NCBI GenBank assembly: GCA_964016885.1
Contig: OZ024744.1
Span: 73,222,001 to 73,286,000, forward strand
From: Eledone cirrhosa
Lineage: Eukaryota
Reading direction: 5' to 3'
DNA: 64,000 nt
A program made the translations under genes and the position numbers. The notes beneath the pieces were generated by a model that made no database searches, was not told where the DNA came from, and saw only the letters and a program-made list of their open reading frames with translations. Shown here in pieces: positions 52,621 to 64,000 of this stretch. Within the stretch, counting starts at the first letter, position 1, and each line of letters opens with the position of its first letter.

Positions 52621-53457
52621 TCTTGAACTATCTATCTATCTATCTAAGGCGGGTAAAATTCCCGAGATCCATGGACGAGTTCTCTCCAGCGGTCTCTGTC
52701 CCTCATTATCGCTGCCATGTCCTGCATCTCCAACAGACCAGTGTCTGTACTTAGGGCATCAACATACGTTAACCTTGGTCTTCCTCTTCTAGTGTGTCCA
52801 TGTAGGGGCTCCCACAGGAGCACTGAGTGCAATGTCAACTCTGGATGTCGGTGAGCATGTCCAGCCAACCCCAGTCTCCTCTGTGTCACTTTTGAGCTGA
52901 CTTTTGGGATGCTCCCATACAGCTCTGAGTTTTTCATCCTCAGTGTATACTGATTAATGTTCAGAGCCATCCTCAGCATTCTCGTGTAGCACCCATCCAC
53001 CATCTGAGTGAGTTTCTTGGTCAGTGTCCAAGTCTCAGACCCATACAGCAGCACAGACTCCACTACAGCAATGAAGAGGCGGACCTTCAGGTCTCTACGA
53101 AGGTCCGACTTCCAAACCGAGTTTGAGCAGGAGAGTTAGGGCGAAAAAGGTATCGGATGCTGAATTTGCCGACGACATAGTTTTGGTGACAAATACAGTG
53201 AAGGAGGCAGAGGATTTGATGCGGGAGGTTGAAACTGTGTCGATGAGTGTGGGGCTGAGAATGAATGAGACTAAAACGAAATATCTGGTAGAGAATGTTG
53301 AGAAGCCAGAGGGGATCACTAATGTAGGCGGGAGGCCGCTGGAATTGGTTGAGGACTTCCTGTATTTGGGAGCAAAGATTGGGAATACGGAAGATGATGT
53401 GGTGGAGAGGAAGAGCAAGGCCTGGGCGGCGTGCCACAGCTTGAGATCTTGAACTAT
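52621..53457 (-). mobile_element. RTE-clade LINE insertion, 5'-truncated with 5' inversion, (TAGA)n tail and 11-bp TSD
   Basis: Minus 52644-53120: SVWKSDL...LLYGSETW...RRGRPR. Plus 53123-53446: FADD...FLYLG...ACHSL. TSD TCTTGAACTAT at 52621 and 53447. Confidence 0.9.
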
Positions 53458-53577
53458 ATATATATATATATATACTTACACACACAATGTTAATGTATGA
53501 TGATCATGTTTCTCATTGAATAAGCGCAATGGACCTTAGTTCAAAATGTGAATAATTCAAATTTAAAGTATATATTT

Positions 53578-53665
<88 letters not shown>

Positions 53666-53766
53666 TCATATATCATTTGAGAAACACATAAGTGTTTTGT
53701 ATACATATATAATACAAATAATATTTAGGAAAAAGTACCCACTTAAGGTGGAAAAAATCTATATAG

Positions 53767-53897
53767 TCCTTACAGTACTGTTTCATACTCAAAAAAGATC
53801 TAGGCAAAAGCAAAATCAATCTAAGCAATTGACTATTGATTACCAACTATCGATTCCGGTAAAGCCAACGGAAGACAAGGAACTAATCTTCAGAGGA
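53767..53897 (-). ncRNA. Hammerhead motif with long stem II
   Basis: TCCT-CTGAAGA-[~100 nt]-GAAA-CAGTACTG-TA-AGGA, with palindromic stem III. Confidence 0.6.
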
Positions 53898-54393
53898 AAT
53901 TGTCTTTATATATGTTTGTATGCATTTATGTATGTATAGAAATAATCGGTATGTATGACATAGAAATAAAATGCTGGATATCTGATCACGTGGTTTAACC
54001 ACTGGGATTGAAGGGCCCCTAGCCTATGTCAGGGCATTCTTCTCGGAGAAGGCATCTCAGGAAACTGGGATAAAACCGACATAAAACCTGCGGCTCAGTA
54101 GTTACCGATGACGTTGATCTTTTATTCTTTTCGGGTTATAGCTACTGTCTCTCAGAGAGTGTGATTGGCTGAGTGCACAGTCTTTCCACACTTAAAAAAT
54201 AATCTTCATGCACAGGCATTGCTCGATAGAATTAATTGATAATTATTGATAATGTTATATCATACAATGGCCATACTCGATAACGAAGGGGCAGCCATCA
54301 TGTATGTATGTGTGTATGTGAGTATCAATTTAAGTATGAATATATGCATGTATGTATATATGTATGTGTGTGTATGTATGTATGTATATATGT

Positions 54394-55005
54394 ATGTCAG
54401 GTCACCAGTTGGTGCTACTGGTAACATGTATCCCAGTACAACCTGTCTCATGGTCGGGTCGTTGGCGACTAAACTGGCAACCCCACCAAGGTTTCTTGGT
54501 GAGGAGGGTGACTTTGGACATCCTGCAGGACTAAAAACAAAACCTGTCAAAGGGCAAAGGAGCTCTTAAGAATCAATGGCCATCCAAAATCACCGGGAGA
54601 GATGACCCCTTAGCCTTTGTCAAGGCAGAATTCTAGGAGAAGGAAAACTCTGATATAACACCTGCAACCCTGATGGTATCCAATGATGTTGACTTGTTCT
54701 TCTTTTTGGTAAATATCATCTTGGTTAAGAGAGTGGGACTGGCTTTGTGCAGTGCCTTTGCTCACTATCAAAGCTTCACGGCACAGGCATTGCTTTATAT
54801 CTGGAGATCTCTCTGCACTTGTCGTCACATGGTACCATGGGCCCAGCACTATGTGTCAATAATTGTCACAAGTGAAGTGTTTCTACCAGAGTTTTCAAGT
54901 CGCTGGCTGGACTAAAAAGTCACATTCGTTCAGCGCATCGGTAGGGGTTCTCCTACATGGATATAAAGTAGTGGCCGTACTCGAAAACGAGTTGGCAGCC
55001 GCCAT
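54394..55005 (-). mobile_element. Second copy of the ~600-bp R4-associated leader
   Basis: High identity to 46672-47281; flanked by TATG-type repeats. Confidence 0.8.
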
Positions 55006-55131
55006 ATATGTATGTTTGTATGTATGTCCCACACTGTACAAAATACATTTAAGAATGATAGATTTCTGTCAAAGGTTGAGAAGCGTCTTTAATTTGTAAT
55101 TGAATTTGCAGGGTTGGTCAGGAAGGTTGAA

Positions 55132-58100
55132 TTAGTCTGTGGTTAGAAACTTTAGTTTGGATAGTGGTTAGAAACTTGGGTTATAACCTGTGGTTAGAAT
55201 CTGTGGTTAGAATATTTGGTTAGAATCTTTGGTTAGAATCATTGGTTAGAATCTGTGGTTAGAATCTTCGGTTAGAATCTTTAGTTAGAATTTGTGGTTA
55301 GAATCTGTGGTTAGAATCTGTGGTTAGAATCTGTGGTTAGAATCTTTGGTTAGAATCTGTGGTTAAAATCTGTAGTTAGAATCTTTTGTTAGAATCTTTG
55401 GTTAGAATCTGTGGTTAGAGTCTTTGGTTAGAATCTTTGGTTAGAATCTTTGGTTAGAATCTGTGGTTAGAAACTTTGGTAATAACCTGTGGTTAGAATC
55501 TGTGGTTAGAATCTTTGGTTAGAATCTTTGGTTAGAATCTGTGGTTAGAATCTGTAGTTACAATCTTTGGTTAGAATCTGTGGTTAGAATCTGTGGTTAG
55601 AATCTTTGGTTAGAATATTTAGTTAGAATCTGTGGTTAGAATGTGAAGTTAGAATCTTTGGTTAGAATCTGTGGTTAGAATTTGTAGTTACAATCTTTGG
55701 TTAGAATCTGTGGTTACAATCTTTGGTTAGAATCTGTGGTTAGAATGTGTGGTTAGAAACTTTGGTAATAACTTGTGGTTAGAATCTGTGGTTAGAATCT
55801 TTGGTTAGAATCTTTGGTTAGAATATTTGGTTAGAATCTGTGGTTAGAATCTGTAGTTACAATCTTTGGTTAGAATCTGTGGTGAGAATCTTTGGTTAGA
55901 ATCTGTGGTTAGAATCTGTGGTGAGAATCTGTGGTTAGAATCTTTGGTTAGAATCAGTGGTTAGAATCTTTGGTTAGAATCTGTGGTTAGAATTTTTGGT
56001 TAAAATCTGTGGTTAGAATCTGAAGTTAGAATCATTGGTTAGAATCTGTGGTTAGAATATTTGGTTACAATCTTTTATTAGAATCTCTGGTTAGAATCTG
56101 TAGTTAGAATCTGTGGTTAGAATCTTTGGTTAAAATCACTGTTCAGAATCGGTGGATAGAATCCTTGGTTAGAACAATTGGTTAGCGTCTTTGGTTAGAA
56201 TCTGTGGTTAGAATCTGTAGTTAGAATCTTTGGTTAGAATCTGAGGTTAGAATCTTTGGTTAGAATCTGTGGTTAGAATCTTTGGTTACAATCTTTTGTT
56301 AGAATCTGTGGTTAGAATCTGAAGTTAGAATCTTTGGATAGAATCTGTGGTTAGAATCTTTGGTTAGAATGATTGGTTAGAATCTGTGGTTAGAATCTTT
56401 AGTTAGAATCTGTGGTTAGAATATTTGGTTAGAATATTTAGTTAGAATCTGTGGTTAGAATCTTTGGTTAGAATCATGGGTTAGAATCAGTGGTTAGAAT
56501 CTTTGGTTAGAATCTTTGGTTAGAAATTGTGGCTAGAATCTTTGGTTAGAATCTTTAGTTAGAATCTGTGCTTAGAATCTGAAGTTAGAATCTTTGGTTA
56601 GAATCTGTGGTTAGAAAGTTTGGTAATAACCTGTGGTTAGAATCTGTGGTTAGAATCTTTGGTTAGAATGTTTGGTTAGAATATGTGGTTAGAATCTGTA
56701 GTTAGAATCTTTGGCTAGAATCTGTGGATAGAATCTGTGGTTAGTATCTGTGGTTAGAATATTTATTTACAATCTGAAGTTAGAATCTTTGGTTAGAATC
56801 TGTGGTTAGAATATTTGGTTAGAATCATTGGTTAGAATCTGTGGTTAGAATCATCAGTTAGAATTTTTGGTTAGAATCTGTGGTTAGAAACTTTGGTAAA
56901 AACTTGTGGTTAGAATCTGTGGTTAGAATCTTTGGTTAGAATCTGTGGTTAGAATCTGTGGTTAGAATCTTTGGTTAGAATATTTAGTTAGAATCTGTGG
57001 TTAGAATCTATGGTTAGAATCTTTGGTTAGTATCTTTGGTTAGAATCTGTGGTTAGAATATGTAGTTAGAATCTTAGGTTAAAATCTCTGTTTAGAATCT
57101 GTGGATAGAATCTTTGGTTAGAATCTGTGATTAGAATATTTGGTTAGAATCTGTGGTTAGAAACTTTGGTTAGAATGTTTGGTTAGCATCTTTGGTTAGA
57201 AACTGCGGTTAGAATCTTTAGTTAGAATCTTTAGTCAGAATCTTTAGTTAGAATCTTTAGTTAGAATCTTTGGATAGAATCTTTAGTTAGAATTATTTGT
57301 TAGAATTTTTAGTTAGAATCTTTGGTTAGAATCTTTGGTTCGAATCTGTGGTTCGAATCTTTGGTTAGATTCTTTATTTAGAATCTGTAGTTAGAATCTT
57401 TAGTTAGAATCTTTAGTTAGAATCTTTGGTTAGAATCTTTAGTTAGAATCATTAGTTAGAATCTTTAGTTAGAATCTTTAGTTAGAATCTTTAGTTAGAA
57501 TCATTAGTTAGAATTTCTGGTTAGAATTATTAGTTTGAATCTTTAGTATTTTTAGTTAGCATCTTTAGTTAGAATATTTAGTTAGAATCATTAGTTAGAA
57601 TCTTTAGTTAGAATCGTTAGTTACAATCTTTGGTTAGAATGTGTGGTGAGAATCTGTGGTTAGAATCTTTGGTTAGAATCAGTGGTTAGAATCTTTGGTT
57701 AGAATCTGTAGTTAGAATCTTTGGTTAGAATCTGTGTTTACAATCTGTGGTTAGAATCTTTGGTTATAATCTGTGGTTAGAATCTGAAGTTAGAATGTTT
57801 GGTTAGAATCTTTGGTTAGAATCTGTGGTGAGAATCTTTAGTTAGAACATTGGGCTAGAATCTGCAGTTAGATTCGTAGGTCAGAATCTTTGGTTAAATC
57901 CTGCGGTTAGAATCTCTGGTTAGAATCTCTGGTGAAAATCAGTGGATAGAATCTTTGATTAGAATCAGTGGTTAGAATCTTTAGTTAGAATCTGTAGTTA
58001 GAATCTTTAGTTAGAATCATTAGTTAGTATTTCTGATTAGAATTATTAATTAGAATCTTTAGAATTTTTAGTTAGCATCTAAAGTTAGAATCATTAGTTA

Positions 58101-59917
58101 GAATATTTAGTTAGAATCATTAGTTAGAATCTTTAGTTAGAATCGTTAAATACAATCTTTGGTTAGAATCTGTGGTTAGAATCTTTGGTTAGAATCAGTG
58201 GTTAGAATCTTTGGTTAGAATCTGTAGTTAGAATCTTTGGTTAGAATCTGTGGTGAGAATCTGTGGTTAGAATGTGTGGTTCGAATCGTAGAATCATTGG
58301 TTAGAATCTGTGGTTAGAATCTTTGGTTAGAATCATTGGTTAGAATCTGTGTTTAGAATCTTTGGTTAGAATCTTTAGTTAGAAGATGGGGTTAGAATCT
58401 GCAGTTAGATTCGTTGGTTAGAATCTTTGGTTAAATCCTGCGGTTAGAATCTCTGGTTAGAATATCTGGTGAGAATCTGTGGATAGAATCTTTGATTAGA
58501 ATCAGTGGTTAGAATCTTTAGTTAGAATCTTTAGTTAGAATCGTTAGTTAGAATATTTAGTTAGAATCTTACGTTAGAATCTTTAGTTAGAATCATTTGT
58601 TAGAATCTTTAGTTAGATTCTTTAGTTATAATCTTTAGGTAGAATCTTTAATTAGAATCATTAGTTAGAATCTTTAGTTAGAATCTTTTGTTAGAATCTT
58701 TAGTTAGAATATTTGGTTAGAATCTGTGGTTAGAATCATTAGTTAGAATCTTTAGTTAGAATAATTAATTAGAATCTTTAGTTAGAATCTTTTGTTAGAA
58801 TCTTTAGTTAGAATCTTTAGTTAGAATAATTAGTTAGAATCTTTAGTTAGAATCGTTAATTAGAATCTTTATTTAGAATCTATGGTTAGAATATTTGGTT
58901 AGAATCTTTGGTTAGAATCTGTGGTTAGAATCTTTAGTTAGAATCTTTAGTTAGAATAATTAGTTAGAATCTTTAGTTAGAATAATTAGTTAGAATCTTT
59001 AGTTAGAATCGTTAATTAGAATCTTTATTTAGAATCTATGGTTAGAATATTTGGTTAGAATCTTTGGTTAGAATCTGTGGTTAGAATCTTTAGTTAGAAT
59101 CTTTAGATAGAATCATTAGTTAGAATCTTTAGTTAGAATCTTTTGTTAGAATCTTTAGTTAGAATCTTTGGTTAGAATCTTTATTTAGAATTATTAGTTA
59201 GAATCTTTAGTTAGAATCTTTGGTTAGAATCTTTGGTTCGAATCTGTGGTTAGATTCTTTATTTAGAATCTGTAATTAGAATCTTTAGTTAGAATCTTTC
59301 GTTAGAATCATTAGTTAGAATCTTTAGTTAGAATCTTTAGTTAGAATCTTTAGTTAGAATCATTAGTTAGAATTTCTTGTTAGAATTATTAGTTAGAATC
59401 TTTAGTATTTTTAGTTAGCATCTTTAGTTAGAATCATTAGTTAGAATATTTAGTTAGAATCATTAGTGAGAATCTTTAGTTAGAATCGTTAGTTACAATC
59501 TTTGGTTAGAATGTGTGGTGAGAATCTGTGGTTAGAATCTTTGGTTAGAATCAGTGGTTAGAATCTTTGGTTAGAATCTGTAGTTAGAATCTTTGGTTAG
59601 AATCTGTGGTTAGAATTTGTGGTTAGAATCTTTGGCTAAAATCTGTGGTTAGAATCTGAAGTTAGAATATTTGGTTAGAATCTGTGGTTTGAATCATTAG
59701 TTAGAATCTTTAGTTAGAATAATTAGTTAGAATGTTTAGTTAGAATCTTTAATTACAATCTTTTGTTAGAATCTTTAGTTAGAATCTTTATTTAGAATCT
59801 ATGGTTAGAATATTGGGTTAGAATCTTTGGTTAGAATCTGTGGTTATAATGTTTAGTTAGAATATTTAGTTAGAATCTTTAGTTAGAATCTTTAGTTATA
59901 ATCTTTAGTTAGAATCT
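55132..59917. repeat. 13-bp satellite array, ~4.8 kb, consensus TTAGAATCT(T/G)T(G/A)G
   Basis: Roughly 365 monomers (length divided by 13); variants TGTGG, TTTGG, TTTAG, ATTAG. Confidence 0.97.
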
Positions 59918-60121
59918 GGAGGTCTCTCTGCACTTGTCATCACATGGTACTATGGGTCCAGCAATATGTGTCAATAATTGTCGCAAGTGTAGTGTTTGTA
60001 CCAGAGTTTTCAAGTCGCTGGCTGGACTAAAAAGTCACACTCGTTCAGCGCATTGGTAGGGGTTCTCCTACATGGATATAAAGTAGTGGCCGTACTCGAA
60101 AACGAGTTGGCAGCCACCACA
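59914..60121 (-). mobile_element. Partial third copy of the leader (matches 54799-55005)
   Basis: ATCTGGAG.TCTCTCTGCAC...GAGTTGGCAGCC. Confidence 0.85.
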
Positions 60122-60322
60122 TGTATTTATGTATGTATATGTGTATGTGTATGTATGTAATTATGTATGTAATTATGTATGTATGTATGTAAGTATGTAT
60201 CTATGTATATATATAATTATGTATGTATATATCCAATTATGTATGTATATATCCAATTATGTACGTACGTATGTATATATAATATTATTCAAAATATTAA
60301 TAAATGAAGACGTTCACATAAT

Positions 60323-60396
<74 letters not shown>

Positions 60397-60409
60397 CAAA
60401 ATACATATA

Positions 60410-60510
<101 letters not shown>

Positions 60511-60592
60511 CATATAGGTATATCCACATACACACACACATATATATATACCTATAAACCTATATACACACATACACATACGGATATACATG

Positions 60593-60717
<125 letters not shown>

Positions 60718-61011
60718 GTGTGTGTGTGTGTGAGTACTTCTTTCAAAAAATATTCCTATTATTTTTTCGTTGTTGTAATATAGAAGAATGCAATAAATAT
60801 ATTGTTGGTATTTTTTTTTTTAAATATATATTTTATGTTCATGTTCTCGTGGATAACGGGATTATATAAAATACACTAACAAAAAATGCAACTAGGACCA
60901 TTTTCTTTCAATTATTTCCTACTATCTCTCTTTTTCTTTCTATTTCTCTCTCTTCCTCACACACACACACTCTCTCTCTGTCTCTTATATATATATATAT
61001 ATATGTATGGA

Positions 61012-61072
<61 letters not shown>

Positions 61073-61230
61073 GTATATTCATATATATAAATGTATGTAT
61101 GTATGTATGTATGTTTGTATGTATGTATGTATGTATGTATGTATGTATGTATGTATGTATGTATGTATGTATGTATATATATATATATATATATGTATGT
61201 ATTGTATGTATGTATGAATATATATATATA

Positions 61231-62695
61231 CTAGCAGAACGGCCCGGCGTTGCTCGGGCTTCTAAACATAGATTGTCATGTTTATCCATCCTTTCTGAAA
61301 CAGTACAGAGAAGTACGGAATACCTCGGCCTGGGGATGGTGTCTACATTTTTTGCTTAGGCAAATAATTTTCCATTAAGATTTTTCCAAAGCATGTAATT
61401 GCATTCCCTCTCTTGTTTTGCTGTTGTTTTTGCTGCTGTTGGTGTGATAGCACCCGTTGGTCGTACTACTAACACAGTCTCGTCCTTCTTCAGCTAATCG
61501 TCTATATCCTTTTCTGCCTCATCTACCTAAACAATGATTGTAACATCTCCTTGTATACAATGTTCCTTGATCTTCCGTGTCGGCATATGCAAAGAGATTT
61601 GTCTTGCTTCCCACTCGTGAGCAGCCAATATATAGTTCCGTGTGAAAAACATGACTCTTCCAAAAGAAGACCAGCAAATATAGGGTGTGACCCTGGGATT
61701 TATTGATAGACATTGCAAAGCTGATAAGGTTCGGCAAATGGTTCGATGGTTGTCTTTTTAAGTGCTCTTCTGGTGCCAGTACGTTCAGCATCTTGCGACC
61801 GTCGAAGAGCAGATTCCACTGACGATTCGTTTGCTCGCCTTGTTCTTTTTCTTGCCATTTTCGCAGTATTTCGGTCAATGGAGTATCTATTCCTTCGAGG
61901 CATGACCTAAAAGCAGGACGAAGTACACCAAGACTATCTGGTAGAGTAAGGAGTAAACTCGTCAGTGATGCATGTGATTTCCGAACCGTTGACTATGTAA
62001 TTGCTGGCCTTGTGCCAAAAGTAGTGGGACTTTTTGGGGGGCATATCGGCAGTAACAATGACGATAAGCCGTCTGGGCTTTCGTGAAATAAATAAGTTTG
62101 TTTATATTTTGTTTTTGTGTATACAAAAATATCTGTACACGAATATATAATTACATATATATATATATATATATTAAAATAACAGATTAAAGTTTAAGCA
62201 AAGAATCGCTGCTTTCACCCTTAACGGGATCTTCTGAAACTAAAAAAATCGATCTGTGAACGCAGAAGTCAATATTTCGAAAAACATTGCAACCGAAGGA
62301 AAACAGGAAGACGATACTTTGGTTCGTGAAGACGTTCCCTGGCAATGAACGGAAAATAGCGAAGATAATACGTCAGCAATGAGAACAATGTTTTCATAAT
62401 GTCATAATGCAGACAGCCAAACATACAGACAGATGTTATAAGGGCGCGACGTTATAGCTATGTATCTATCTAAAAAGACAGACTAAGAAAGAGAGAGAGA
62501 GAGTGAGATCGCTAACACCCCTTTAACAACAGAAAATTGAAAATTAAAAGCTGCAGTTAATATCTTTAGACCGCAAGGAATATATAAATGCAAGTTTGAA
62601 GTCAATCGGAGTAGAAATGTGGATTTGTATAGACTTTGCAAAAATTAAGACACACACTCACAGACAATTTCAGTTTTATATATATGTATATATAT
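61231..62695 (-). mobile_element. Internally deleted Helitron
   Basis: 5' end TATATATAAAACTGAAATTGTCTG; N-terminal MPRRNR...RRANES...RRSQDAER joined to SFAMSINKSQGHTL and LYIGCSRVG (helicase motifs V and VI); 3' hairpin + CTAG|T. Confidence 0.82.
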
Positions 62696-62699
62696 ATAT

Positions 62700-64000
62700 A
62701 TATGGTAAATTTCTTTAAATCGTTTGGAAGCCTCGACAATGCAGATGGGTAAATCTCCGGATAACAAGATCCGGTGGTGGAGAGAGAGATGTAAGTGGGT
62801 GTACGTTGAAATGCGTGGCGTGTAGAAGACTGTAGCGTGTAGAAGAATGTAGGAAAGAGCGTAAAGGATAAAAATAAAAATAAGAACACATGGGAGAGAT
62901 TTAATTGTCTCTATATATTTCGGATTCACATCCATCAACTGGGGTTTTTTCCGGAGGGGGGTGGGTTGTCTGTCGGAAAGGTGCGAAACGTGTCCTCCGC
63001 TGTTCGTTGTTTTGAATATCAGAGGCATTCAGCAGAGCGCGCGTGCGCGTGAAATGGGGTCGGTCAAGCAGAGGTCAGCGGCCGAAATAGTTCTTTCAAT
63101 TGTGGGAGTGGGGTGGCGCTAGCTGTCAGTTCATAGTATTCTCTGCCTGTTTGGTGAATGTTACTGTGTGTGTGTGCGTGTGTTGTCTCGCTTGAGTGTG
63201 TGTGTGTGTGCGTGTGTTGTTGCCTTGTTCCTCTATATTGGTGGTGTAGTATGTTCGTATGGTGGAATGCTACTGTGTGCGTGTGTTGCTGTCTCGCTTG
63301 TGTGAGTGTGTGCGTGTGTTGCTGGATCATTTGTTAACTTAAACCAATCACCTATTTCGCTTCTCTCGGATCGGTTGTTTAATTGTCGCCCTAGGTGTTT
63401 GATCCAAAATGCTTCCTTGATACGTAATGTGCCGACGTTTCTTTCTGTCGCTAGAATTGTGACAATGGGCTTTCCGTCTTTGTTTCCGCATTTGGCTATG
63501 TGTTTCCGGAAAGACGAGGCCCTGGTGTTAGTGTGCTTCTTGATCCGGATGTGCAGCGGCCGGATTGTGCTACCTATATAGTATTGGTTGCACTTGTTAC
63601 ATTCTATCTCATACACGACGTATGTGCGTAGGCAACAGTTCGCATGGCGCACCGGGCAGTCTCTGAGCACGCGTCAGTTGATTTCCCGGGTTTCCTGGAG
63701 AGGCATCTTCGCAGGGAGGGGCCCGAGTGGGCAAGGTGGATGTTGAGGTCCTCCCTCCATATAGCGCTGGTGGTATTCTCGCCCAGGTGTGGCATTTTAA
63801 GGAAGCACTTGCCTTGGGTGCCTCTCTGTCTCTTGTGTCTGGTGTCTCCTACGCTGTCTGTGAGCGAGGTAGGGTACCCGTTCGTCTCCAGCACCTCGAG
63901 GAATCGCTTGGTATGAGTGACACCACTCGCGGGATCGCTGCATCTGTTTTTGATTCGCGCGATCTCGTTCGTGATGTATCCTCTTTTGGCACTGTTAGGG
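62700..64000 (-). mobile_element. Penelope/Poseidon-type PLE 3' part (RT C-terminal region, GIY-YIG, 3' UTR); runs off the window
   Basis: LETNGYP...MPHLGE; VVYEIECNKCNQYYIGSTIRPLHIRIKKH...KEAFWIK...LNNR; frameshift near 63650. Confidence 0.88.

Noticed and set aside
55132-59917. CRISPR-like array, coding repeat or true telomere
   Set aside because: No unique spacers, stops in all frames, no tandem TTAGGG, and an internal position.

Overview
AT-rich, microsatellite-saturated eukaryotic DNA. The repeat content (abundant Meta-type tRNA-SINEs; TA, CA, GATA and TATG arrays) suggests an octopod cephalopod, but this is inference. No intact host protein-coding gene is visible, and nearly all long ORFs are transposon-derived. 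Elements present: two Penelope-like elements (RT + GIY-YIG), a CRE-clade RLE retrotransposon with an N-terminal PHD finger, three Tx1-clade LINEs plus two tiny 3' stubs all inserted in (GATA)n in one orientation, R4/Dong-clade fragments tied to (TATG)n, an RTE-clade insertion with a twin-priming-type 5' inversion and 11-bp TSD, several Helitron derivatives, SINE clusters, a TTAA MITE, and a 4.8-kb 13-bp satellite built around the telomeric hexamer GGTTAG. Outside the ORF track I read about 15 type I hammerhead ribozyme motifs from many distinct short non-coding families, several arranged as inverted pairs. All structures were read by eye; nothing was folded or searched computationally.
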